From an uncultured Gemmatimonadaceae bacterium (GTDB lineage Bacteria > Gemmatimonadota > Gemmatimonadetes > Gemmatimonadales > Gemmatimonadaceae): a DNA stretch of 64,000 bases. Each line of letters opens with the position of its first letter. Position 1 is the first letter of the stretch. A program made the translations under genes and the position numbers. The stretch covers positions 96,001-160,000 of the forward strand of contig CAVXGK010000002.1 of NCBI GenBank assembly GCA_963761305.1, in the 5' to 3' direction. This document shows, one piece after another, positions 1-9,951 of the stretch. The notes under the pieces are model-generated. The model worked only from the letters and a program-made list of their open reading frames with translations. It was not told the origin of the DNA and did no database searches.

Positions 1-319
1 CTTCTTTCACCACGCGGAGACCGCCGGGCACGAACGTTTGGAGACTCAGAACGGGCACGCGGATCGGCGTCATCCAGAGGTCCCGGTACGCGTCGCCGTC
101 GAACCAGCGCGTGACGCCGTCGCCGTGATAGCGCGCGCCCGCTGCGACGCTCGCGCTTTCGCCCACCGCCGCCGGCCCGAGCGAAACCTTCATCCTGGTC
201 GACACCGTTGTTTCCGGTGTCGGTTGCTGCAGAGCTACGGCGAGGGACGGAAACGCGAGAACGATCGGCAACGCGCGGATGACGCCGCGCAACCACAGAC
301 GTTGTCTGACTTCACGCAT
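1..319 (-). CDS. N-terminal part of a second Omp85-like/kinase-like protein, paralog of 332..2932; runs off the window edge
   Basis: Not in ORF track. Read from ATG at 319: MREVRQRLWLRGVIRALPIVLAFPSLAVALQQ...AAGARYHGDGVTRWFDGDAYRDLWMTPIRVPVLSLQTFVPGGL, matching AAGARYRADDFMRWLSGDLYRDLWTTPIHVPVLDLKSYAGGL of the neighbour; signal-peptide-like start; begins 12 bp after the neighbour's stop. Confidence 0.85.
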   Translation of the reverse strand, partial: MREVRQRLWLRGVIRALPIVLAFPSLAVALQQPTPETTVSTRMKVSLGPAAVGESASVAAGARYHGDGVTRWFDGDAYRDLWMTPIRVPVLSLQTFVPGGLRVVKE

Positions 320-331
320 GCCATGTCCATA

Positions 332-2932
332 TCAGAAGCTGAGACCAAGGCGTAGCTGAAGCCCGCGTTCCTCGCCAGTCGTTTGAACGAGGCTGAGTAT
401 CTCTGAGCCATAGACTCGTCCTATCCAGACTCCGCCGCCGGTCGTCGAATGCCAGCCGTCGGGCGAGCTTCCCTTGTAGTACACGCGGCCGGACTCGGCG
501 ACGCCGGTTACCCCCGCGCGTACCGGGATCAAGAGCATGAACCGAGCGAGTGGGACGTACAACTCCGAAGTGCCGTAGAGCGAGGCGTCCCCGGCGTACC
601 GCTGCGAGTGGATATACTGGGTCGTCTCGGTCCCGCCGAGCATGGCGGCTTCGTAGAACGGGAAATCGCCGAAGAGCTTCTTGCCGCCGGCGCGTGCCAC
701 CAAGAGCGGACGGGTCGGCACGGGAATCTCGAACGACGCGCCGAGCGCAAGCGACGTTTTCTCGAACGGAGAGCGCACATCCCACATCGCCGGGTAATAG
801 GCGCCTGTGGCTTGGACCAGGTACCTGTCCCGGACGAACGTCTGGTCTTCGCCCGGGGCCGGGACCCGCTCGTACTTCGCGTTCATCATCACTCCCGCTT
901 GATCGAACGTGCCGAAACCGTAGGGGCGGGTCTGCGCCAGAAACGAGCTTCTCGCGCTGTCGACGACGGAATGCTGAACAACGGGTCCGAGCGAGATGTC
1001 GGTCCACGATCCGAGCGAGAGCCCAACGGCGGGATTCAGCAACCACTGGCGCTGGTGGACGTCGAAGAACGAGTCCGGGTGCCCGTCGTCGCTCGTCGCG
1101 TTGCCGAAGCCGTTGAACCCGACGACTTGAATATCCGACACTCGCCCGAGCGCGGTGAAATGAAGAGGCGACGACTCGAAGCGTCGATCCATCGACACGC
1201 GGACGAGCCCACCCTTGAACTCCGTCGCATACTCGCCTTCGACGGCGAGCGTCGACTCGTATGGGCGGTCGCGGAAGCCATAGGAGTAGCGCGTGAAGGC
1301 GAGCTTGGGCGTCAGTCCGAGGCGGTCGCTCGAGCTCAGGCCGGCGAAGGGAAGAATCGAGGTGCCGTAGTCCGGGAGCGGCGGGAGCAGCGTTCCGTAC
1401 CGATGCTCCCACGGAGTTCGCTCGAAGATGGTGTCGGGGCCGTATGACACGCCTTCCTTCGGCCCGGCGTCGTAGAATCGCGTCGGATGCCGCGAGCCGC
1501 CGACGGTCGACGAATCGACGAACCTGTTCGTTCCGCCGCCGCCGATGACGCGCACGAGAATACTCTGATCGACGTTCCCGGTCACGACCGCGGTGTCGTT
1601 GCCTCCGTGGAGATAGACGAGAATCTCGTGCGTTTCGTCCACGTCGAAGCGTCGCGAATAGAACGTGGTACCACCGGATTCGAGGCGAACGTCGACGAAC
1701 TTGCCGTTCACGCGCTGGATCGCGGCGGCGTCCGAGGAATCGGTGCCGTGCACCTCGACGCGCTCGGCCAGGAGTCGATAGTAGTCGTCCGCGGCCTGGG
1801 GGATGGCGGCGCGCCGGCGCTTGAGGATTGCTTCGGTCTTCGGTGCCGACGCGCGATACTCGGGCGGCATCGCGAGCATGGCGGCATGGATCACCGAGTC
1901 CGTGATTCGCGCCTGAATCGCCTGCGCCACGGAGTCCCATACGGGCTTCGGCAAATCGGACAGCAGTCGCTGGTCGAGGTCGTTCGGCGATATCAACCCC
2001 GGCACGCTGACGGTGCCGTTGAACTTGACGACGCTGGCGCGAATTCGCCGGCCGATTGCGTCAATGAAACCGTCGTACGACACGAAGGCGTGGTCGCGGT
2101 CTCGGGCGATCGGTTCCCACTCGTGCTTCGACTCGCCCTCGATGCGGGCCCACTTCCACTGGTGTGAGCCGCGATCGTTGTCGTTGATCAAGAAATCGGT
2201 GAGACGCGCCGCGAGGAACGTCCGGGCGTCCACGTGATCTTTCGGGTTCGTCTCGAGTTCGTGCAGCAACTCGGGACTCTCGATGATCTTGGTGGCGCCG
2301 CCGAACCCCGTCCCCTCTTTCGGCGACTTCGGCAGCTCTTCGATCATGCCGAGCCGCCCGGCGAATTCGGTCCGGAATTGACCCAAGGTGGAGTCGTCGG
2401 GCATCACGACGATCTGCGCCACGGGGTGCAGAATGCCGGCGGCTTCGACGATCGGGGCCGCGAGCTCCGCGGCGGCGGGATGCATCGCGCTCACCTGATC
2501 CTGGAAGAAACCGTTCAGCGGAGACTTTCGCACCTCGGGCGGGGCGCCGCTGGCGGTCTTGTCGACGTTGCGGAACACGAACTCGCGACCGTCCGCCGCG
2601 TCGAACTGCAGCGTCTTCGTCTGCATCCCGCCGCCGGTTTTGGTCGGGGTGAGTCCGCCCGCATACGACTTGAGGTCGAGCACGGGAACGTGGATCGGCG
2701 TCGTCCACAGATCGCGGTAGAGATCGCCCGACAACCATCGCATGAAATCGTCAGCTCGATATCGCGCGCCAGCCGCCCGAGTGACGGTGTCAGTGCCGGG
2801 AGTGGGCGCGGCAAGGGAGCCGTTGGCTTGCTTCGGGTGCGGCTGTTGAAGAGCGAGCGCCGGAGTCCAAATCGCGCCGATGATCGACGCGACCCCGAGC
2901 ACGCTGCTGAGCCGTGCGGAAATGGGGGGCAT
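332..2932 (-). CDS. BamA/TamA (Omp85)-like outer membrane protein with N-terminal atypical kinase-like domain
   Basis: Signal peptide; C-terminal amphipathic beta strands ending LRLGLSF; loop motif RYAGD; N-terminal GGGMQT, DNDRGSHQW and PIARDRDHAF motifs. Confidence 0.75.
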   Translation of the reverse strand: MPPISARLSSVLGVASIIGAIWTPALALQQPHPKQANGSLAAPTPGTDTVTRAAGARYRADDFMRWLSGDLYRDLWTTPIHVPVLDLKSYAGGLTPTKTGGGMQTKTLQFDAADGREFVFRNVDKTASGAPPEVRKSPLNGFFQDQVSAMHPAAAELAAPIVEAAGILHPVAQIVVMPDDSTLGQFRTEFAGRLGMIEELPKSPKEGTGFGGATKIIESPELLHELETNPKDHVDARTFLAARLTDFLINDNDRGSHQWKWARIEGESKHEWEPIARDRDHAFVSYDGFIDAIGRRIRASVVKFNGTVSVPGLISPNDLDQRLLSDLPKPVWDSVAQAIQARITDSVIHAAMLAMPPEYRASAPKTEAILKRRRAAIPQAADDYYRLLAERVEVHGTDSSDAAAIQRVNGKFVDVRLESGGTTFYSRRFDVDETHEILVYLHGGNDTAVVTGNVDQSILVRVIGGGGTNRFVDSSTVGGSRHPTRFYDAGPKEGVSYGPDTIFERTPWEHRYGTLLPPLPDYGTSILPFAGLSSSDRLGLTPKLAFTRYSYGFRDRPYESTLAVEGEYATEFKGGLVRVSMDRRFESSPLHFTALGRVSDIQVVGFNGFGNATSDDGHPDSFFDVHQRQWLLNPAVGLSLGSWTDISLGPVVQHSVVDSARSSFLAQTRPYGFGTFDQAGVMMNAKYERVPAPGEDQTFVRDRYLVQATGAYYPAMWDVRSPFEKTSLALGASFEIPVPTRPLLVARAGGKKLFGDFPFYEAAMLGGTETTQYIHSQRYAGDASLYGTSELYVPLARFMLLIPVRAGVTGVAESGRVYYKGSSPDGWHSTTGGGVWIGRVYGSEILSLVQTTGEERGLQLRLGLSF

Positions 2933-2933
2933 C

Positions 2934-3839
2934 CTACGGCCATTTATAAAGTGTGATCTTGCCCAGGTCAGCGCCGCCCTCGTCGCTGATGATCAGGATG
3001 CTGTCCTTCGTGATCACGACGCCTTCTGGCTGCGCGTGGTCCGGAGGCAGCGCGTGCGCCAGCACCGGCACGCCGGCCGGCGTGATCTCGATCAGACCTC
3101 GTTCCTTCGACGCGATCAGCACGTAGTCGCCCGTGAACGGGTCGATGGTGATGTCCGACGGATGGAATGCCTTCCAGTTGTTCGTGCCTCGCAGGCTGTC
3201 GAGCGGCACCACGAGGCGCGACAACCGGTCCGCCTTCCGTGCGTCGAGGCGCCAGCGGTAGATGACGACGGCGTTGGCCGCGGTCGAGTCGAGGACGTGT
3301 TTGCACGCCAGGAGCAATGAGTTGATCGACCGGTCGTAGGCGACGCCCTCGAACTCGCAGGTGTCCTTGAGCTTCGTGTCGTGTTCGACGTAGCCGACGT
3401 CCGCGTGGTTGGCGCCCTCGTGGAACTCGTAGAGCTTGCCCTTGCTCGTCAGCAGGTACAGCACGCTGTCGACGACGGCGATGCCTTCGAAGTCGCCCTT
3501 TACCCCGCCTTGTCCGAGCGCGAATCGCTTGACGAGAATGCCGCGGCGGTAGTCGAGCTCCCAGACCTTGCCGATCTCGTCGCTCTCGGCGAGGAGACGT
3601 CCGTCCTTCGTGAGCGCGAGACCCGAGATCTCACGGAGCTCGCGCGGCATGATCCATCGGGCGAGCGGCGCATCGTGCCAGGATCCAGTGTCGGGTTGGG
3701 CGAGCGAGCGTGCGAGTCGGTTCTCACGCGCGAGCGCGGTCGGGCTGGTGTCCAGCGACGCCAGATCGTCAGGCGATCTGTGGCACGCGGACGCCGTAAG
3801 GCACATGGCGAACCACGCGATGCGCCCGGCGGCCGTCAT
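2934..3839 (-). CDS. SdiA-regulated (YjiK-like) beta-propeller lipoprotein
   Basis: True start MTAAG at 3839 overlaps upstream stop (ATGA); lipobox-like LTASAC; repeats EISGL, DFEGIA, EFEGVAYD, HPSDI, QPEGV, ISDEG. Confidence 0.8.
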   Translation of the reverse strand: MTAAGRIAWFAMCLTASACHRSPDDLASLDTSPTALARENRLARSLAQPDTGSWHDAPLARWIMPRELREISGLALTKDGRLLAESDEIGKVWELDYRRGILVKRFALGQGGVKGDFEGIAVVDSVLYLLTSKGKLYEFHEGANHADVGYVEHDTKLKDTCEFEGVAYDRSINSLLLACKHVLDSTAANAVVIYRWRLDARKADRLSRLVVPLDSLRGTNNWKAFHPSDITIDPFTGDYVLIASKERGLIEITPAGVPVLAHALPPDHAQPEGVVITKDSILIISDEGGADLGKITLYKWP

Positions 3840-4963
3840 CCATCGCTCCCTTTCTCCCGCTGCTTGCGGGCCTGTCGCTCTTCGCCGCGCTCCTTGTCGA
3901 TCGCATCGCCGACTTCGATGTCGACATTGGAGATCGATCCGTTCGCGGTGGCGCGGATCGCCGTGACCATCGCGTCGCGCGGCACCGACTTGCGCGTGTG
4001 CACGAGGTAGTAGATCTCCGACGGCTTGCCCTTGTTGTTCACGACTTCGTCGAGCTTCCAGCGCTTCGTCACCGCGGCCAGCGCGGGCTCGACGTTCTTC
4101 TGCGCCTCGGAGACCTCGCTCGTCGTCACCGCGACGACCGCGTCGAACTTGGGTTTCTTGCCCTTGGTCCCGAGGATTCGCTGCACGCGCTCGAATCGTT
4201 CGGCGAGCGCCTCGGCTTTTTTCGGCGTCAGCGCGAGCACCAGGTCGCGGTCCGGAACCGGAACGCCCCCGTGATCCGTCCCGGCGAGGTCGTGCAACGG
4301 CTCGGCCCACGTCGCGCCGGCGGTCGGCTCGAGCGGCGGTCGCCCGAAGTCGTAGCGCCACAACAGCACGAGCACGAAGTTGAACAGCACGGTCAGCAGC
4401 AGCGCGACGACGATCACCTGGACGCCGGCGGCGAAGCCGACCACGATCGCCAGAAAGATGTAGACGATGTCGCGCGTGTCGCTCATGTTCGCGCGGAACC
4501 GGACGGCGGCAACGATACCGCCGAGGCTGAACGCCAGCGCAAGACTGTTGCGGACGATGAGGACTACGCCGGCGACGATCATCGGCAGCACGATCAATGC
4601 TTGCACGACCGATTGGTTGTAGCCGCGCCCCCATCGCGCCGACATGTAGACCCAGGTCACGGGCAACATGAGCACGAACGTGCTGAGGAAAACGAAGAGC
4701 GTGCTCGCGGCGAACTCGACGCGGGACTGGATGCTGGCGGCGGGGGCCTGAACCTGCCCGGCAACAAGCCCGTCCTGAAGGAACGACGGTGTCTTGGCCA
4801 GCTCCACGAGGCGGTCGCCGGACATGACGCTGTCGATCGACGGGAAGAACTTGTAGAGAATCAGGAACGCGAGCGCCACCGCCGCGTAGTACGCGACGAG
4901 TCGCCGGATGGGTGCGTCCGACCCTAGCGTGATGTAGTTGATGAGACGGGTGAAGAATCTCAT
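3836..4963 (-). CDS. DUF4956 domain membrane protein
   Basis: NSLALAFSLGGIVAAVRFR...DIVYIFLAIVVGFAAG motif; several TM helices; start 4963 or 5020. Confidence 0.8.
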   Translation of the reverse strand: MRFFTRLINYITLGSDAPIRRLVAYYAAVALAFLILYKFFPSIDSVMSGDRLVELAKTPSFLQDGLVAGQVQAPAASIQSRVEFAASTLFVFLSTFVLMLPVTWVYMSARWGRGYNQSVVQALIVLPMIVAGVVLIVRNSLALAFSLGGIVAAVRFRANMSDTRDIVYIFLAIVVGFAAGVQVIVVALLLTVLFNFVLVLLWRYDFGRPPLEPTAGATWAEPLHDLAGTDHGGVPVPDRDLVLALTPKKAEALAERFERVQRILGTKGKKPKFDAVVAVTTSEVSEAQKNVEPALAAVTKRWKLDEVVNNKGKPSEIYYLVHTRKSVPRDAMVTAIRATANGSISNVDIEVGDAIDKERGEERQARKQREKGSDG

Positions 4964-5130
4964 AAATGATTGGGCGTGCGATCGCCTCCCGACGGGACGT
5001 CGAGCGGTCGCGTTTGCCATATTGCACGATCGGTACCAGCCTGGCGGACCCTGCACGCGAACCCGGTGCGCGGGGCTACTTTACGAGCACGGAAAAGCCG
5101 GACTCACCAGGCATGAGGGTCAGCCGCTCG

Positions 5131-6273
5131 ATGAACATTTTTCAGAGCCACCGTGCGCTTGCCGCCGCCACGCTGCTGTCCGCCGCCACGCTCGCGCCGT
5201 GCAGGGACGCGGTCGTCACCGCGCCCGCCGCGATGCCGCCGATCAAACACGTGTTCGTCATCATGCTGGAGAACGAGGGGTTCGACACGACGTTCGCCCC
5301 GACGACGCGCGCGACCTACCTCGCCGACACGCTCGTCAAGCAGGGCGCGCTGCTGCGCCAGTACTACGGGATCGGGCACTTCAGCCTCGACAACTACATC
5401 GCGATGATCAGCGGCATGCCGGCGACCGCGATGACGCAGATCGACTGCCCGCAATTCGTCGACTTCGTGCAAACGGGCACGAGCGCCGACGGCCAGCCCG
5501 TCGGGACCGGCTGTGTGTATCCGGCCGCCGTGAAGACGATCGCCAATCAGCTCGACGCGCGCGCGTACACCTGGCGGGGCTACATGGAGGACATGGGCGC
5601 AAACGCCACGCGCGAGGCGGCGACGTGCGGACATCCGACGATCGGCCGTCCGGACTCGACCGAGTGGGCGACGCCGAACGACCAGTACGCGACGAAGCAC
5701 AACCCGTTCATGTACTTCCACGCGGTCATCGATTCGCCGTCGTGCAAGCGGCGCGTCGTGCCGCTCCCTGTGTTGTTCGACGATCTGAAATCGGCCTCGA
5801 CCACGCCGAACTTCTCGTACATCACGCCCAACTTGTGTCACGACGGCCACGACCACCCATGCGTCAACGGCGAGCCGGGCGGCCTCGAGTCGGCCAACCT
5901 GTTTCTCAAGCACTGGGTGCCGATCATCATGAACTCGCCGGCCTTCCGCGATGACGGATTGCTCATCATCACGTTCGACGAGGCGCTGTCGCTCGACCGG
6001 ACGTGGTGCTGCGGCCAGGTGGCCGGGCCGAACGCCCGCGTCGCGAACGACGGACAGTTCGGCGGCGGACGCATCGGCGCCGTGCTGCTGTCGCGGTTCA
6101 TCGCGCCGGGCACGGTGTCGGACGTGCCCTACAACCACTATTCGCTGCTCAGAAGCGTCGAGGACATCTTCGGCCTCGGCCACCTCGGCTACGCGAAGTC
6201 CGATGGACTCACGTCACTCGGTGATGACGTCTTCGGTTCGGTCGCGCCGAGTCCCTCAAAGTCGCCGCGATAG
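5131..6273 (+). CDS. Secreted phosphoesterase (phospholipase C/acid phosphatase family)
   Basis: IKHVFVIMLEN, HFSLDNYIAM, KHNPF, TPNLCHDGHD, ITFDE, YNHYSLLRSVEDIFGL; start 5113 or 5131. Confidence 0.85.
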   Translation: MNIFQSHRALAAATLLSAATLAPCRDAVVTAPAAMPPIKHVFVIMLENEGFDTTFAPTTRATYLADTLVKQGALLRQYYGIGHFSLDNYIAMISGMPATAMTQIDCPQFVDFVQTGTSADGQPVGTGCVYPAAVKTIANQLDARAYTWRGYMEDMGANATREAATCGHPTIGRPDSTEWATPNDQYATKHNPFMYFHAVIDSPSCKRRVVPLPVLFDDLKSASTTPNFSYITPNLCHDGHDHPCVNGEPGGLESANLFLKHWVPIIMNSPAFRDDGLLIITFDEALSLDRTWCCGQVAGPNARVANDGQFGGGRIGAVLLSRFIAPGTVSDVPYNHYSLLRSVEDIFGLGHLGYAKSDGLTSLGDDVFGSVAPSPSKSPR

Positions 6274-6411
6274 AAGGCGTGAAACGCCCACCTCGGGCAT
6301 ATAACGAAAAGAAGTCACGCCGCGGCGCCCGGTCGTCCCTCGATGTTTGCGCTGCCAGACCGACCCGTCGAGATTGCGCGCGCTTTGACTCGACCCCGCG
6401 ACGACCATTCA

Positions 6412-8214
6412 ATGACGACTCTCTTCTTCCGCGCCCGCACCGCGGGCCGCGTCATGTTGTGCACCATCCTCGCGCCGAGTGCGATCCTTGGCGCGCAGCA
6501 AGGTGCGGCTCTCGATACCGTCACCGTCGTGGCCTCGAGGACGCACATGCCGGGAGCGGCGCGCGCCGTCGACGTCATCACGCGCGAACAGATCGCCGCG
6601 TCGTCGGCACACAACCTCGACGACGTCCTCTCGACCGTCATGGGCGTTGACATCTACAGCCGATCCGCCGCGCAGGCCGACGTGTCGATCCGCGGCAGTT
6701 CGCCGGAGCAGGTGGCCGTGCTCGTGGACGGCGTACGCATGACCGACGTGCAGTCGGCCCACTACACGCTCGACGTCGCCGTGCCGCTCGAATCGATCGA
6801 ACGAATCGAGATCCTGCGCGGCGTCGGATCGGCACTGTACGGACCGGACGCCGTCGGCGGCGTGATCAACATCGTTACACGACGACAGCAAACCGGCGAG
6901 GCGCGCGTGCGGTCGGGAAGTTTCGGAAGCGTCGGCGGTGGCTTGGCGGACGGACTGTCGCGCGACGCGTTCTCGCTGGCCGGCGCCGCGGACTTCGACA
7001 AATCCGACGGCCACCGCGACGGCACGGACTATCGCATCGGACAAGGCCGCCTATCGCTCACGACACCGACGCCGGGCGGACTCGTTCGCACGAACGTGGC
7101 GTTGGGCGTGCGCGACTTCGGCGCCAGCGACTTCTATGCACCGTACAACTCCATCGAGCGCACGACGACGACAACGCTCGATTCGCGCTGGGACGAGAGC
7201 GTCGGCGACTGGAATGTCGCGCTCTCCGGATCGACGCGCCGCCACCAGGACCACTATGTGCTGATCCGCGGCGACCCGTCGTTCTACGAGAACCGGCATG
7301 AGAGTTGGCAGACGATAGGGGACTTGGTTGCGACGCGCGCGGCCGGACCGGTCGCGCTCGCGTTCGGCACCGAGGGTGTGCACGATCAACTATCGAGCGC
7401 GCGGCTCGGCGCGCACCGCGACTGGCGCGCCGCGTTGTTCGGCGAAGCCACGATGGGCAATTCGTCGGCTCCGATGGCGGACCTCGGGCTTCGCGGTGAC
7501 CACTCGTCGGTCTACGGCGACTTCTTCTCGCCGTCGCTCAGCGTGAGCGCACCGATCGCGACGTGGCTCTCCGCGCACGGGAGCGGCGGCGCCGGCTTCC
7601 GCGCGCCGACGTGGACGGAGCGCTTCTACACGGATCCGGCGAACCAGGGCGATCCCGATCTTCAGCCGGAGCGCTTCTGGACCGGCGATCTCGGCGCGCG
7701 CGCCGCGGCGGGCGCGTGGTCATTCGACGTGACCGGGTTTGCGCGTCGGGCGACGAATCTCATCGACTGGGTGAAGCCGGCCGGCGCGCCGGCGACGGCG
7801 CTCTGGCAGACGATGAACGTCGGCACAGCCACGTACCGGGGGATCGAGTCGTCGCTCGACCTTCCGGCCCTCGACGGCGTGCGTGGGTCGCTCTTCGCCG
7901 ACGGACTGACGCTCACGTCGTCGCAAGGCGCGTCGCTCGTCGGGAAGTACGCGCTGCGTCCGATCACGCGACAAACGGGCGTGCGCGTCGCGACGCCGAG
8001 CGCGCACGGGATCACCGCGCGCTTGGACCTGGAGTTGGCGCGCCGAGCGATGGAGCAGGGCTACGCCACGGGCAACGCGCGACTCGCGTGGAATCGAAGA
8101 GCATACCGGCTCACGCTCGACGTGCTGAATCTCACCAACGCTGCGTGGCTCGATGCGTCGGGCCTGCCGGTCGCGCGACGCGGCGTGTACGCAGGAATCG
8201 AATGGCGCGGCTAG
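6412..8214 (+). CDS. TonB-dependent receptor
   Basis: TonB box LDTVTVVASR; plug motifs SIRG and IERIEILRGVGSALYGPDAVGGVINIVT; GFRAPT; NLTN near C-terminus. Confidence 0.92.
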   Translation: MTTLFFRARTAGRVMLCTILAPSAILGAQQGAALDTVTVVASRTHMPGAARAVDVITREQIAASSAHNLDDVLSTVMGVDIYSRSAAQADVSIRGSSPEQVAVLVDGVRMTDVQSAHYTLDVAVPLESIERIEILRGVGSALYGPDAVGGVINIVTRRQQTGEARVRSGSFGSVGGGLADGLSRDAFSLAGAADFDKSDGHRDGTDYRIGQGRLSLTTPTPGGLVRTNVALGVRDFGASDFYAPYNSIERTTTTTLDSRWDESVGDWNVALSGSTRRHQDHYVLIRGDPSFYENRHESWQTIGDLVATRAAGPVALAFGTEGVHDQLSSARLGAHRDWRAALFGEATMGNSSAPMADLGLRGDHSSVYGDFFSPSLSVSAPIATWLSAHGSGGAGFRAPTWTERFYTDPANQGDPDLQPERFWTGDLGARAAAGAWSFDVTGFARRATNLIDWVKPAGAPATALWQTMNVGTATYRGIESSLDLPALDGVRGSLFADGLTLTSSQGASLVGKYALRPITRQTGVRVATPSAHGITARLDLELARRAMEQGYATGNARLAWNRRAYRLTLDVLNLTNAAWLDASGLPVARRGVYAGIEWRG

Positions 8215-8222
8215 CGCAGGAG

Positions 8223-8310
8223 TACGGTACCGGGCAGCGGCCGATGTAGACCCTGAGCTTGCCACGCTCTCAGCGACGAATGAGGACGCGAAGTTCGTCC
8301 TGCCGGACAT
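8223..8310 (-). pseudogene. kdpD: Remnant of the 5' end of a kdpD (KdpD-Usp) copy
   Basis: ccgatgtagaccctgagcttgccacgctc resembles ccgatgtagaccttgagccttcctcgttc near 14135; translates with a frameshift and stop as MSGRTNFA/LIRR*ERGKLRVYIG versus MTGTSDFLALVRQRERGRLKVYIG. Confidence 0.75.
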
Positions 8311-8386
8311 CGGCGTCACGATCGTTGCTCTATGGTCCAAGGTCCACGAGAGCGCCACGACGTCCGCCGCGTATTCCTTTCGAGCT

Positions 8387-9943
8387 ATGAGTTGGCCCGC
8401 CGCCGTCGTTCTGCTGCTGCTGGTGGCGACGATCGTGTCATTCGTCGCGGAGCGATTGCGAGTCCCGTACACCGTCGCGCTGGTCGTGGCGGGGTTGGGG
8501 CTCGGCGCAACGCACCTATTCGTCGCACCGACGCTGACGCGCGAGGTCATGTTCGGCGTGGTGCTGCCCGCGCTGGTCTTCGAGGCCGCGTTCGATCTGG
8601 AAATCGAGGAAGTGCGCCACGACAGCATCACGCTCGCGGCGCTTGCCGTGCCCGGCGTCGTCGCGGCGATCGTGCTCACCGCATTCGCACTGGGGCCGAC
8701 CCTCCAGGCGTTCGGCATTCCGCCGGATCTGATTCCCGATGGCGCGGGCGCGGTGGTGTTCGCCGCGCTCATTTCGGCCACCGATCCCGTCGCGGTCGTG
8801 GCGCTCTTCCGCACGCTCGAGGCGCCGCGGCGTCTTCAGGTGATCGTCCAGGGCGAGAGCCTGTTGAACGATGGCACGGCGATCATCTTCTTCACCTTGG
8901 CGCTCGCGCACGCCGGCACACACCCGTCGGCCGGCATCATCGTGCAATTCGTCTACATCATGACGACCAGCGTCATCGTTGGCGGCGCCATCGGCGGCGC
9001 GGCGGCCGTGGCGATTCGCACGCTGTCGGAGTCGCGCATCGAGGTGTTGCTCACCACGCTCGCCGCTTACGGCTCTTTTTTCGCGGCGCAGACGGTCGGT
9101 GCCTCCGGTGTCGTGGCGACGGTTACGGCGGGCCTGTTGTGCGGCGGGCGCGGCGGGCGCGGCGGCATGTCGGCCGCGGCCCGCATCAGCGCGGCGACGT
9201 TCTGGGACTACGTCGCGTTCGTGCTCAACTCGTTCGTGTTCCTGTCGATCGGATTGATGATCAAGCTTCCCGCGCTGCTCGCCAGCTGGCGCTTGATCGT
9301 CATCGCGTTCTTGATCGTAACGGTGGCGCGCGTGCTCATGGCGTGGGCGATCGCCGGGCTCCTTCCCAAGCGCCTCGAGCTTCCGCGGCGCTGGACCGCC
9401 ATCCTTTCGTGGGGAGGCCTGCGCGGGGCGTTGTCGATGGTGCTCGCGCTCAGCATTCCCGAGACGTTTCCTCAGCGCGATTTGCTGATCGCCATGACCT
9501 TCGGCGTGGTGGTGCTCTCGATTCTCATCCAGGGCATCACCGTCGGGCCCACGCTGCGATGGCTGGGACTGCAGCGGGACCGCGGCGAACACTCGGGATA
9601 CCTCGGCACGCAACTCGCCTTGCTCAGCGCGCATTCGTCGCTCGAAGACGTGGAGCGAACCGGCGCCATGGTGTCGGCGCACGAAGACATCCATCGGTCA
9701 CTCGCCGAGGAGTACGACGACCGCCTCGATCGCGCCGAGCACGCGCTGATCTGGTTGGTCACCCAGCTCGGTGGCGGCGACGCGTCGGCCCGGGCCGCAC
9801 GACATCTCATCGAGACCACCGAGCGCGAACGGATCAGCGAAGCGTTCAAGGCCGGAGCGATCGACGAGACGCAGCGCGCGCGGTGGCTGGCCGAGTTGCA
9901 GGTCCGCTGGTCGGACGACGGCGACGGCACAGGCGGCCGTTGA
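8387..9943 (+). CDS. CPA1-family Na+(K+)/H+ antiporter, copy 1
   Basis: ISATDPVAV, GESLLNDG, WGGLRGALSMVLAL; many TM helices. Confidence 0.92.
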   Translation: MSWPAAVVLLLLVATIVSFVAERLRVPYTVALVVAGLGLGATHLFVAPTLTREVMFGVVLPALVFEAAFDLEIEEVRHDSITLAALAVPGVVAAIVLTAFALGPTLQAFGIPPDLIPDGAGAVVFAALISATDPVAVVALFRTLEAPRRLQVIVQGESLLNDGTAIIFFTLALAHAGTHPSAGIIVQFVYIMTTSVIVGGAIGGAAAVAIRTLSESRIEVLLTTLAAYGSFFAAQTVGASGVVATVTAGLLCGGRGGRGGMSAAARISAATFWDYVAFVLNSFVFLSIGLMIKLPALLASWRLIVIAFLIVTVARVLMAWAIAGLLPKRLELPRRWTAILSWGGLRGALSMVLALSIPETFPQRDLLIAMTFGVVVLSILIQGITVGPTLRWLGLQRDRGEHSGYLGTQLALLSAHSSLEDVERTGAMVSAHEDIHRSLAEEYDDRLDRAEHALIWLVTQLGGGDASARAARHLIETTERERISEAFKAGAIDETQRARWLAELQVRWSDDGDGTGGR

Positions 9944-9951
9944 GCGATCGC

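Noticed and set aside
2934..5027. Long N-terminal extensions of ORFs 2934..5027, 35831..37990 and 53540..55399
   Set aside because: Arg-rich off-frame read-through of the upstream genes; real starts are 3839, 36805 and 54949
6274..6411. Cobalamin riboswitch before the TonB receptor, and a btuB call
   Set aside because: No B12-box recognised and the gap is short; substrate left unassigned
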